The notes under the pieces are model-generated. The model did not search any database and was not told where the DNA came from. It saw nothing but the letters and a program-made list of their open reading frames with translations. Positions 29,415 to 38,334 of a DNA stretch of 64,000 nucleotides are shown piece after piece. Position 1 is the stretch's first letter; every line of letters begins with the position of its first letter. The DNA comes from an uncultured Sphingobacteriaceae bacterium. Lineage in GTDB: Bacteria; Bacteroidota; Bacteroidia; Sphingobacteriales; Sphingobacteriaceae. The stretch lies in contig CAYUIZ010000001.1 of assembly GCA_964444885.1 (NCBI GenBank), positions 27,181-91,180 of the forward strand, in the 5' to 3' direction. Both the position numbers and the translations under genes were made by a program.

Positions 29415-30422
29415 ATGGCGTGGCTTTGGCTGGCGTTTGCCGGCGCGGTGTGGGCCAATCCGCCAAACTCGGATTGGTCCACCCATACGATCCGTGGGCA
29501 GGCACAAGGCACGACCTATCAGATCAGCTACTATGCCGACACGCCCCTGATCCGGCGCGCATCCATCGACAGTATCGTCACGGTCATCGACCGATCGATG
29601 TCGCTCTATCAGGCGCAATCGATGATCAGCCGGTTTAACGACAGTACGGAAACCCGTATGGTGCTCGACCCGCATTTTAAGGCCGTGGTGCAAAAATCCT
29701 TTGAAATATACCGCTGTAGTGGCGGTATTTTCGATGTAACGGTAGCGCCTTTGGTCGATTTGTGGGGATTCGGCCCCGTGCCTCAGCAATCCTTGCCCGA
29801 CCGCCGTGCCGTCGAAGAAGCGCTAGCCTGCGTGGGAATGGACAAGCTCCAGCTGCGTGGCGATACGCTCGTGAAAGCCGAGCAATGCGTGCGTGTCGAT
29901 CTCAACGGCATTGCCCAGGGCTACACGGTCGATGTCATTGCCGGCTTCTTGGAAAGCCAGCGTGTCGGTCATTACGTAGTCGAGCTGGGTGGTGAGTTGC
30001 GCGTGCGGGGTCCTAAGCCGGACGGATCACCGTTGCGGATTGGTATCGAACGGCCCGTGGCACATGGGGGAGCGGGATTGATGCAGGACGTGCTAGCCAT
30101 TAACGAAGGCTCGGTGACGACGGCAGGCAACTACCGCAAGTTTATCGAGGACGACGGAAAGACACTTTCGCACCACATCGATCCGAAAACCGGCTATCCG
30201 TTCCAGTCGGGGATCATTAGCGCGACGCTGTATGCGCCTGACGCGATGACGGCCGACGGATACGACAACGTCATCATGGCGATGGAGCCCGACGAAGCTA
30301 TCGCATTTGTTGACAGGCTGCCGGGGCTAGAGGTGTTCATTATTTACGCGGCCGAAGACGGCAAAACGGAAGAGCGCATGAGTGCTGGGTTTCACCGGCT
30401 TTTGGCTAACGCAGAAAACTAG
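29415..30422 (+). CDS. apbE: FAD:protein FMN transferase (ApbE family)
   Basis: Signal-like N-terminus MAWLWLAFAGAVWA, then GTTYQISYY, FDVTVAPL, DLNGIAQGY, TTAGNYRKF, SHHIDPKTG. An in-frame TTG at 29376 is an alternative start. The ORF's 5' extension to 29217 overlaps the upstream gene and is not credible. Confidence 0.85.
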   Translation: MAWLWLAFAGAVWANPPNSDWSTHTIRGQAQGTTYQISYYADTPLIRRASIDSIVTVIDRSMSLYQAQSMISRFNDSTETRMVLDPHFKAVVQKSFEIYRCSGGIFDVTVAPLVDLWGFGPVPQQSLPDRRAVEEALACVGMDKLQLRGDTLVKAEQCVRVDLNGIAQGYTVDVIAGFLESQRVGHYVVELGGELRVRGPKPDGSPLRIGIERPVAHGGAGLMQDVLAINEGSVTTAGNYRKFIEDDGKTLSHHIDPKTGYPFQSGIISATLYAPDAMTADGYDNVIMAMEPDEAIAFVDRLPGLEVFIIYAAEDGKTEERMSAGFHRLLANAEN

Positions 30423-30476
30423 CGGTTTGCGTCGTCTTGATGACAGGTTGCAAGCCGCCAATTTATAAACATTCAA

Positions 30477-31418
30477 ATGGACCAAAACATGAAAAGAGGA
30501 CAATTTATCAAGCAATCCCTATTGGCGACCGGTGCGGTGATGGGCGCATCCCAATTGGGTGCATTCGCAGGTGAAGCATCAGGCCAGGCTCCCGCCGCAG
30601 GCGAGCCGTTCAAACTGAAATATGGCCCGCACCAAGGGCAATTTTCCGCCCATGCGGGAAACAATGTATTAGACCAGATCCAGTTCGCGTACGACCAGGG
30701 ATTCCGCGGTTGGGAGGACAATGGCTTCTCCGGTCGATCGACGGAAGAACAGGACAAAGTAGGCAATTTGCTGGCCAAGCTGGGAATGGAAATGGGGGTG
30801 TTCGTACTCGACAAAGGCGGGAACGGCGCGAATTCCTTGGCGGCCGGAAAGCAGGAGCATATTGATGTCTTTTTGAAGGGATGCCGGCAGGCGGTGGAGC
30901 TTTCCAAGCGTGCCGGCGGCAAGTTCACGACGGTGGTTCCCGGCGATTTTACCCGGCATTTGCCGTTGGACATCCAGACGGCCAACGTAATTGACGCACT
31001 ACGTCGCGGAGCCGAAATTTTGGAGCCGCATGGCATCGTCATGGTCCTCGAACCGCTCAGCGACACACCCGATTTATTCCTGCGCACATCCACCCAAACC
31101 TACCTGATCTGCCGCGGCGTCAATAGTCCGTCCTGCAAGATTTTGTACGACGTGTACCATTTGCAACGCAACGAAGGCGATCTGATTCCAAACATGGAGC
31201 GCTGCTGGAGCGAAATTGCTTATATTCAAGTAGGAGATAACCCAGGCCGCCGCGAACCGACGACGGGCGAAATCAATTATAAAAATTTGTTTAAGTACCT
31301 GTACGACAAAGGATACACGGGCGTGGTGGGCATGGAGCACGGCAAGTCACAAGGCGGCAAGGAAGGCGAGATGAGGTTGATTGAGGCGTACCGCGAGGTG
31401 GATAGTTTCGTGGTGTAA
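30477..31418 (+). CDS. Exported sugar-phosphate isomerase/epimerase-fold (xylose-isomerase-like TIM barrel; hydroxypyruvate-isomerase-like) protein
   Basis: TAT-like signal MKRGQFIKQSLLATGAVMGASQLGAFA. Motifs: LEPL, YDVYH, IQVGDNPGRREP, GMEHG. Confidence 0.8.
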   Translation: MDQNMKRGQFIKQSLLATGAVMGASQLGAFAGEASGQAPAAGEPFKLKYGPHQGQFSAHAGNNVLDQIQFAYDQGFRGWEDNGFSGRSTEEQDKVGNLLAKLGMEMGVFVLDKGGNGANSLAAGKQEHIDVFLKGCRQAVELSKRAGGKFTTVVPGDFTRHLPLDIQTANVIDALRRGAEILEPHGIVMVLEPLSDTPDLFLRTSTQTYLICRGVNSPSCKILYDVYHLQRNEGDLIPNMERCWSEIAYIQVGDNPGRREPTTGEINYKNLFKYLYDKGYTGVVGMEHGKSQGGKEGEMRLIEAYREVDSFVV

Positions 31419-31554
31419 ACCCAAGGTAGATGTGCGCTCAGGCTGTGCAGGACGGGAATATTTTGCAGGTTTTTATTTTGCAGTATTGGTAAATAAAGCC
31501 CATCTTAGACACGGATTTGTATCCATAAAACCCGTTTCTATTTAAGCGATTTAC

Positions 31555-32805
31555 ATGAATAAAATAACCCGATCAAAACTGTCCTTCATGATGTTCCTCG
31601 AATTTTTTATTTGGGGAGCGTGGTTTGTCACCCTAGGAACATACCTAGCACAGAACCTGAATGCATCCGGCTTGGAGACGGCTAATGTCTTCTCCACCCA
31701 ATCCTGGGGCGCGATCATCGCGCCTTTTATCATCGGCCTCATCGCCGATCGGTATTTCAATGCCGAGCGAATCCTCGGCGTACTGCACTTGGTGGGCGCC
31801 GTCCTCATGTACCAACTGTACCGGGCGCCTGACGTAGGGGTTTTCTATCCATATGTCTTGGGGTACATGATACTTTATATGCCGACGTTGGCGTTGGTCA
31901 ACTCCGTTTCCTTCCGGCAGATGAAAGATCCCGAAAAGGAGTTTTCAGTCATTCGGGTATGGGGAACCATCGGCTGGATCGTTGCCGGTTTGTCGATCAG
32001 CTACCTCTTTAAATGGGATTCGGGCGAGGGGCTCTTGCGCAATACCTTCCTGATGGCTAGCGTGGCTTCCGTCGTATTGGGTTTATTTAGTTTCTTTTTG
32101 CCCAAAACGCCTCCCGTCAAACAAGACACGAACGAAAAGAAAAGCATCTCGGAGATGTTGGGCTTGGACGCCATCAAGTTGCTGAACGACCGGAACTTTT
32201 TTATTTTCTTTGCTTCCTCTATACTGATTTGCGTGCCGCTGGCGTTTTATTATCAAAACGCTAACCTGTTTTTAACGGAGGTGGGTTTGGAAAACCCCAC
32301 GGGCAAGATGACCATCGGACAGATCTCCGAAGCATTTTTCCTCCTGTTGTTGCCGGTGTTTTTCACCCGATACGGCTTTAAGTGGACGATTTTGCTGGGT
32401 ATGCTGGCTTGGACGTTTCGGTATGTGCTGTTTGCGTATGGCAATGCCGGCGAACTGACGTTCATGCTCATTACCGGTATCGCACTGCATGGCATCTGCT
32501 TCGACTTCTTTTTCGTATCCGGCCAGATTTATACCGACGCGAAAGCAGGCGCTCGATACAAGAGTTCGGCACAAGGCCTCATTACCTTGGCGACGTACGG
32601 CATCGGGCAGCTGATTGGTTTTTGGGTGGCAGGATACGTCACCGAATATTACGCTGCAGTGCGCAATACAAGCTTGGGCCAGTTTTGGCAGCAGGTTTGG
32701 CTCGTGCCGGCGGTCATCGCGTTTGTGGTGATGCTGATTTTCCTGGTGCTCTTTAAGGACGAGCGGAACAGGAAAGTTCAGGAGGCCGATACGACCAATG
32801 GATAA
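31555..32805 (+). CDS. MFS nucleoside:H+ symporter family permease (NupG/XapB-like)
   Basis: N-terminus LSFMMFLEFFIWGAWFVTLGTYL is typical of the family. 12 predicted TM helices. Confidence 0.75.
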   Translation: MNKITRSKLSFMMFLEFFIWGAWFVTLGTYLAQNLNASGLETANVFSTQSWGAIIAPFIIGLIADRYFNAERILGVLHLVGAVLMYQLYRAPDVGVFYPYVLGYMILYMPTLALVNSVSFRQMKDPEKEFSVIRVWGTIGWIVAGLSISYLFKWDSGEGLLRNTFLMASVASVVLGLFSFFLPKTPPVKQDTNEKKSISEMLGLDAIKLLNDRNFFIFFASSILICVPLAFYYQNANLFLTEVGLENPTGKMTIGQISEAFFLLLLPVFFTRYGFKWTILLGMLAWTFRYVLFAYGNAGELTFMLITGIALHGICFDFFFVSGQIYTDAKAGARYKSSAQGLITLATYGIGQLIGFWVAGYVTEYYAAVRNTSLGQFWQQVWLVPAVIAFVVMLIFLVLFKDERNRKVQEADTTNG

Positions 32806-32908
32806 TCCGGACGTAGGACAACATTTGGTAAAACCTTACGTCATTATAATAATACGGCTTGCAAAAGCACGAATAAATACAACGACGAGTTAACTTAGAT
32901 AAAAGACA

Positions 32909-34588
32909 ATGGCAGACAATGTGTACGATGCAATCGTCATCGGATCTGGCGTGAGTGGTGGATGGGCCGCCATGGAACTCACGAAAAAGGGGCTGAAGAC
33001 CATCATGCTCGAGCGTGGACGCAACGTGGAGCACGTGAAGGATTACCCGGCGGCTACCAAGCATCCGTGGGAATTTCCCCACCGCGGCGGGCGCACCCAG
33101 CAAATGATTGAAGACTACCCGGTTTTGCGGCGGGATTACCCGCTTAACGAGAAAAACCTCGACTTCTGGGTGAATGAAAAAGAAAGTCCATATACCGAAG
33201 TAAAGCGATTTGACTGGTACCGGGGCTACCACGTGGGCGGCCGGTCACTCACTTGGGGCCGGCAGAGCTATCGTCTCGGCGATTTGGATTTCGAAGCTAA
33301 CGTCAAGGACGGACATGGCATCGACTGGCCAATCCGCTATAAGGATATCGCGCCTTGGTACAGCTATGCGGAGCGCTGGGCCGGTATCAGCGGCAACCGC
33401 GACGGCTTGGACGTATTGCCCGACGGCGACTTCCTGCCACCGATGCCGATGAACGTCGTTGAAAAAGACCTGGCCGCGCGCATCAAGCAGCACTATGGCG
33501 GCAAGCGTCATTTCATCATGGGGCGTGTTGCCAACCTTACCGTACCGCACGAGAACCGTATTAACTGCCAGTTCCAAAGCCAATGCTGGCTGGGCTGTAA
33601 TTTCGGGGCCTATTTCAGTACGCAATCCTCTACCTTGCCAGCGGCTGTCGCCACCGGCAACTTGACACTGCGTCCGTTCTCCATCGTCACGCGTATTCTC
33701 TACGATAAAGACACCAAGAAAGCAACCGGCGTCGAGATTATTGATGCCGAAAACAACCAGACGTACGAATACCACGCCAAGGTTGTGTTCGTGTGCGCGT
33801 CGGCGTTCAATTCCACTTGGATTCTGTTCAATTCGGCCACCGACGTGTGGGAAGGCGGACTGGGCAGCAGCAGTGGAGAGCTGGGGCACAATGCCATGGA
33901 CCACCATTTTCGCTGTGGTGCCGGCGGGCGCGTAGAAGGATACGAAGATAAGTATCTCTACGGCAGACGACCAACAGGCCTGTATATTCCGCGTTTCAGA
34001 AACGTGGGTAACGACAAACGCGACTATGTACGCGGTTTCGGCTACCAAGGCGCGGCTAGCCGTGGCCGTTGGAGCGGCGAAGTGGCTGAGATGAGCGTAG
34101 GAGGCGACTGGAAAGACGCTATGTGCGAACCCGGTAGCTGGAACGTGGGCTTTACAGCCTTCGGCGAGATCTTGCCCTATCACGAAAACCGGATTTTCCT
34201 GGACAAGGACACGAAAGACAAATGGGGGCTGCCCGTGCTGGCGATGGACATGGAGATCAAGGAAAACGAGACCAAGATGCGGACTGACATGATGGAGGAC
34301 TGCAAGGAAATGCTCGAATCCGCCGGTGTGAAAGACGTGTACACCTATGACAACGGATACGCCTTCGGGATGGGTATCCACGAGATGGGTACGGCCCGCA
34401 TGGGACGCGACCCCAAAACCTCGGTGCTCAACGGCAACAACCAAGTGTGGGACGCGCCAAACGTGTTCGTGACGGATGGTGCGGCCATGACGTCGGGCGG
34501 ATGCGTCAACCCGTCGCTCACCTATATGGCCATGACTGCGCGAGCGGCTGATTTTGCCGTGAGCGAACTGAAGAAGGGCAATTTGTAA
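32909..34588 (+). CDS. GMC family FAD-dependent oxidoreductase; no signal peptide
   Basis: FAD Rossmann motif YDAIVIGSGVSGGWAA at the extreme N-terminus. A GMC C-terminal region is present (HEMGTARMG, VTDGAAMTSG). Confidence 0.88.
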   Translation: MADNVYDAIVIGSGVSGGWAAMELTKKGLKTIMLERGRNVEHVKDYPAATKHPWEFPHRGGRTQQMIEDYPVLRRDYPLNEKNLDFWVNEKESPYTEVKRFDWYRGYHVGGRSLTWGRQSYRLGDLDFEANVKDGHGIDWPIRYKDIAPWYSYAERWAGISGNRDGLDVLPDGDFLPPMPMNVVEKDLAARIKQHYGGKRHFIMGRVANLTVPHENRINCQFQSQCWLGCNFGAYFSTQSSTLPAAVATGNLTLRPFSIVTRILYDKDTKKATGVEIIDAENNQTYEYHAKVVFVCASAFNSTWILFNSATDVWEGGLGSSSGELGHNAMDHHFRCGAGGRVEGYEDKYLYGRRPTGLYIPRFRNVGNDKRDYVRGFGYQGAASRGRWSGEVAEMSVGGDWKDAMCEPGSWNVGFTAFGEILPYHENRIFLDKDTKDKWGLPVLAMDMEIKENETKMRTDMMEDCKEMLESAGVKDVYTYDNGYAFGMGIHEMGTARMGRDPKTSVLNGNNQVWDAPNVFVTDGAAMTSGGCVNPSLTYMAMTARAADFAVSELKKGNL

Positions 34589-34623
34589 GATAGCTATTCA
34601 CTGGATAAATGTAAATTATAATT

Positions 34624-36066
34624 ATGAAAGACTCGGATAACAAAAAGGACGGTACTAGCCGGCGCAATTTTCTCAAAACCAGTGCGGCAGCTTCGGCTGG
34701 CTTCATGATTATGCCCCGGCACGTGCTGGGCGGTGCGGGTTACACAGCGCCGAGCGACAAGCTGGTCATCGCAGGCATTGGCGTAGGAGGCAAAGGCGCG
34801 TCTGACTTGACGTCATTCCACGACAGCGGCAAAGCTGACATTGCTTTCCTGTGCGATGTGGACGATGCGCGGGCGGCGAATACAGTCAAGCGTTTCCCTA
34901 AGGCCAAGTACTACCGCGATTTCCGCGAAATGCTCGATAAAGAACACAAGCATATCGATGCGGTATCGGTGTCGGGTCCAGACCACAACCACGCGGCCCA
35001 TGCCTTGCCCGCGATGGAACTGGGCAAGCACGTGTACGTGCAGAAGCCGTTGACGAAAGATGTGTGGGAGGCCCGCGTGCTTACCCATGCCGCCAAAAAG
35101 TATAAGGTGGTCACCCAAATGGGCAACCAAGGTGCCTCCGGCGAGGGCGTGCGCATTATGCGCGAATGGATAGATGCTGGCCTTATCGGCGACGTGCACA
35201 CTATCTACGGATGGACGGACCGTCCGGTATGGCCCCAAGGTATCGCATGGCCTGACCGCAAAGCGGCTGTGCCTTCGACGCTCGACTGGGATCTGTGGCT
35301 GGGTACCGCACCCTACGTGGACTATATCGACAAGCTCGTTCCGTTCAACTGGCGGGGCTGGTGGGATTACGGAACCGGTGCCTTGGGGGATATGGGATGT
35401 CACATTATGGAAGCACCCTTCAGCATCCTCGGCCTGCAGTACGTGAAAGACGTGCAAGCTACGGTTGGCTCGGTCTACGTAGACGAATTTAAGCGCGGGT
35501 ATTTCCCGCAAAGCTGCCCACCGTCGAGCTACGCGGTCATGACCTTCCCGAAGACCGACAAAACCGCTGGCGATGTGAAGATTCACTGGATGGATGGCGG
35601 CATACAGCCTGAGCGTCCGGAAGAACTCGGACCGAATGAGATTTTTGGCGACGGTGGCAACGGTATCATGTTTGTCGGAACCAAAGGCAAGATCTTGGCG
35701 GATTGCTATGCCGAGAATCCTCGGCTGTTACCTACATCGCTGTCAGAGGTGGTGAAGGTGCCCCAAAAATACGCACGCGTGCCGCAAGGCCATTATGCAC
35801 AATGGGTGGAAGCTTGTATTGCCGGATACGGCAATATGGAAGTCAGCGCGCCGTTTGAGATTTCAGGACCACTGACCGAGGCTTTGCTCATGGCAAACCT
35901 GGCCGTCCGCGGCTCTGACATGCGCATCGACGGCAGGTACCCGGGCAAGAACCTGAAATTGCTGTGGGACAACGACAACATGAGGGTGACTAACTTTGAC
36001 GAGGTGAACCAGTTCGTAAAACGCGAATACCGCAAAGGCTGGGACATCAAGTATAATTTTTCATAG
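34624..36066 (+). CDS. TAT-exported Gfo/Idh/MocA family oxidoreductase (long, ~480-aa type)
   Basis: Twin-arginine signal SRRNFLKTSAAASAGFMI. Rossmann loop IAGIGVGGKG, YVQKP motif, GALGDMGCH. Confidence 0.85.
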   Translation: MKDSDNKKDGTSRRNFLKTSAAASAGFMIMPRHVLGGAGYTAPSDKLVIAGIGVGGKGASDLTSFHDSGKADIAFLCDVDDARAANTVKRFPKAKYYRDFREMLDKEHKHIDAVSVSGPDHNHAAHALPAMELGKHVYVQKPLTKDVWEARVLTHAAKKYKVVTQMGNQGASGEGVRIMREWIDAGLIGDVHTIYGWTDRPVWPQGIAWPDRKAAVPSTLDWDLWLGTAPYVDYIDKLVPFNWRGWWDYGTGALGDMGCHIMEAPFSILGLQYVKDVQATVGSVYVDEFKRGYFPQSCPPSSYAVMTFPKTDKTAGDVKIHWMDGGIQPERPEELGPNEIFGDGGNGIMFVGTKGKILADCYAENPRLLPTSLSEVVKVPQKYARVPQGHYAQWVEACIAGYGNMEVSAPFEISGPLTEALLMANLAVRGSDMRIDGRYPGKNLKLLWDNDNMRVTNFDEVNQFVKREYRKGWDIKYNFS

Positions 36067-36084
36067 GAATATAGCAACAGTGCC

Positions 36085-36654
36085 ATGAATAGAAGAGAAG
36101 CGATTAGCCGCGTAGCCTGGATCATGGGGGGTACCGTTATCGGTGCCAACCTCCTGCTGGAGGGATGTACCCGGCCGGCCACGCCAACCGTAGAGGGTCT
36201 GTTTGACCCAACGATGGTCGATTTTATGGGTGATGTGGCGGAAACGATCTTGCCGGAGACGAGCAGCCCGGGTGCTAAGGCCGCCGGTGTAGGCGAGTTT
36301 ATGCCGGTGATGGTCAAGGACTGTTACACCGCGGAGGATCAAGATGTATTCGTTAAGGGCCTGGCGCAGATCGACGAGCGTGCGCAGGAAGCGCACGGGA
36401 AGAAGTTTCAAGAACTGACCGCCGCGGAGCGAACGGACTTGCTTAACACGATTGATAAGGAAGCCAAAGCCTATCACAGTTCCAAAGAGCCGGACGCGCC
36501 GAACCATTACTTCCACCTATTCAAGCAATTGACGTTGCTCGGTTTCTTTACCTCCGAAGTGGGCGCGACCCAAGCCCTGCGCTATGTGCAGGTGCCCGGG
36601 CGTTTTGACGGGGAATATCCGTACCAAAAAGGGGATAAAGCCTGGGCTACGTAA
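36085..36654 (+). CDS. Gluconate 2-dehydrogenase subunit 3-like small TAT protein (partner of GMC flavoproteins)
   Basis: 189 aa. Twin-arginine N-terminus MNRREAISRVAWIMGGTVIGANLLLEGC. Ends with the typical FFTSEVGATQALRY. The family call is from memory. Confidence 0.7.
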   Translation: MNRREAISRVAWIMGGTVIGANLLLEGCTRPATPTVEGLFDPTMVDFMGDVAETILPETSSPGAKAAGVGEFMPVMVKDCYTAEDQDVFVKGLAQIDERAQEAHGKKFQELTAAERTDLLNTIDKEAKAYHSSKEPDAPNHYFHLFKQLTLLGFFTSEVGATQALRYVQVPGRFDGEYPYQKGDKAWAT

Positions 36655-36674
36655 GCCAGCATTTGCCAAAAAAT

Positions 36675-36706
36675 AAGCCGGATGGGGATGACCCATTCGG
36701 CTTTTT
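36675..36706 (+). terminator. Terminator hairpin closing block A (between convergent genes)
   Basis: aagccggatggg / gatga / cccattcggctt (one G-U), followed by ttttt. Confidence 0.65.
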
Positions 36707-36730
36707 CGATTCAGCTTGTTCAAGACGGAT

Positions 36731-37657
36731 TTACTGCATCAAGAGGTCGCGTCGTGCGGGCATGCGGCCAGACAGTTTGCCTGCGGCGTCTGTGTTTTTA
36801 ATGAATTGTAGAATAATCTGTACCGCGTGGTAATAGAAGGCAGGCTGTATGTTTTCGAAGGTGTCGTTCGGGGTGTGGTAGTCGGGGTGGTCTTCCACGC
36901 CGAAATATACGAAAGGGATGCCTAAGCGGTGGAACACAGCGTGGTCGCTTTGGTTGGTCCAATCATCGCGGCGTCCCAAGGCGGGATTGTCGTGGCCTGT
37001 CCGCAGGGTTACCTGTCCGTGCGGGATATCGAGCAAGGGGAGTAAGTGCGGGTAATGAAAACCGCCGGCCGCGTACAACTCGTTGTTGTCGTTGCGGCTA
37101 ATCATATCCATGTTGATGTTTAGCACGATGTCCGCTAACGGCAATGGCGGGTTTCCTACAAAAGCGCGCGCGCCTTGCAAGCCCGATTCCTCTGCATCGA
37201 AAGCCGCGAAAATGAGCGTGTAATGCGGCTGGTGTTCGGAAAAATAAGCCGCCAGCGACAGTAAGGCCGCCGCGCCGCTGGCGTTGTCGTCCGCACCCAA
37301 ATACAACTGGCCATCCCGCTCGCCGAGGTGGTCGTAATGGCCCGAAATAATGATGGCTTCTTTCGTGTGCCCCGGGATATACCCCAAGATATTCTGTCCG
37401 ACTTCGTCATTGCGTAACGTAAACGTATCGATGTAGCATGTCCCGTAGTGGTTCAGCCCAAGGCTTTCGAAACGTTGTACGATGTAATTGGCCGCTTTTT
37501 GGTGGCCCTCCGTACCCGGTTTGCGCCCCGCAAATTCGGGCGAAGCCAGCGTGCGGATGTCTTGGATCAGCGTAGCGCTATCTAATTGCTGGGCATGGCC
37601 GCAGACCGCCAGCAGGAGCAGGAGGGACAAGGTGAGCCGAAATCGCGTTTGCAACAT
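36731..37657 (-). CDS. Secreted M28 family metallopeptidase (aminopeptidase)
   Basis: Signal peptide. Motifs: GHYDH, GADDNASGAAALL, AFDAEESGLQGA, HTPNDT. Confidence 0.85.
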   Translation of the reverse strand: MLQTRFRLTLSLLLLLAVCGHAQQLDSATLIQDIRTLASPEFAGRKPGTEGHQKAANYIVQRFESLGLNHYGTCYIDTFTLRNDEVGQNILGYIPGHTKEAIIISGHYDHLGERDGQLYLGADDNASGAAALLSLAAYFSEHQPHYTLIFAAFDAEESGLQGARAFVGNPPLPLADIVLNINMDMISRNDNNELYAAGGFHYPHLLPLLDIPHGQVTLRTGHDNPALGRRDDWTNQSDHAVFHRLGIPFVYFGVEDHPDYHTPNDTFENIQPAFYYHAVQIILQFIKNTDAAGKLSGRMPARRDLLMQ

Positions 37658-37818
37658 GGTACTCGTATTGGTGAACGTGCAAAGAAAGGAAGAAAACCGC
37701 GGTAATGGAAATGGGTAGGGATTTGCCGGGTGATTTTCAACGAAAAATTTACATCGTCTGGTATTGATAATATTGGATGTCTTTCGTACTATTGCTTAAA
37801 CCAAATTATGTTGCCGCC

Positions 37819-38088
37819 ATGTTTCCAGCAGAGCTTATCCCCAAGGAAGAGGTTACGAACTACCAATTCCGCATAGCGCCCGAAAGCAATATCCGTCAGT
37901 TCGAAGACAAGCTGTCTGGCGCCATGCGCTTGGGCAACGAGTTTAAGTCCAAGGCATTTATTGCGTTCCTGACCGCGGATGGCCCCAAAGCCATCGAGAC
38001 AACCGTGTGGACAGTTGCCGGCGACTATCTCCAGATCAAAGGTGGCGTGCTGATCCCGTTGGCCAGTTTGCTGGATATTGACTACTAG
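37819..38088 (+). CDS. Small hypothetical protein (89 aa from ATG 37819; ORF opens at 37777)
   Basis: This is the only ORF in the gap and its amino-acid composition looks balanced. I recognise no motif. Confidence 0.35.
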   Translation: MFPAELIPKEEVTNYQFRIAPESNIRQFEDKLSGAMRLGNEFKSKAFIAFLTADGPKAIETTVWTVAGDYLQIKGGVLIPLASLLDIDY

Positions 38089-38334
38089 CCGATTTTTCCC
38101 AGCGACAGTGCTTTTGGCACAAAATCCGGCAAAAGTGTGGCGCTTTCGCGTCGGCCGAAGGCGCTTGGATTTTCGTTTCGCACAACCCGCACCGTCCCCG
38201 CAATCGGGCCGACACCAACCATGCGCGAGTAGGTGGTAATATTCTTATTATTATCACACAGAACCGGCAACAGTTCCTTATTTTCGTGGCAACCCGTAGG
38301 CTTTTGGCGGCCATCATATACTTAGATCACCTTT

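Noticed and set aside
33245-34444. 399-aa ORF on the minus strand
   Set aside because: It is antisense to the GMC oxidoreductase gene. Its composition is low-information and no family is recognisable.
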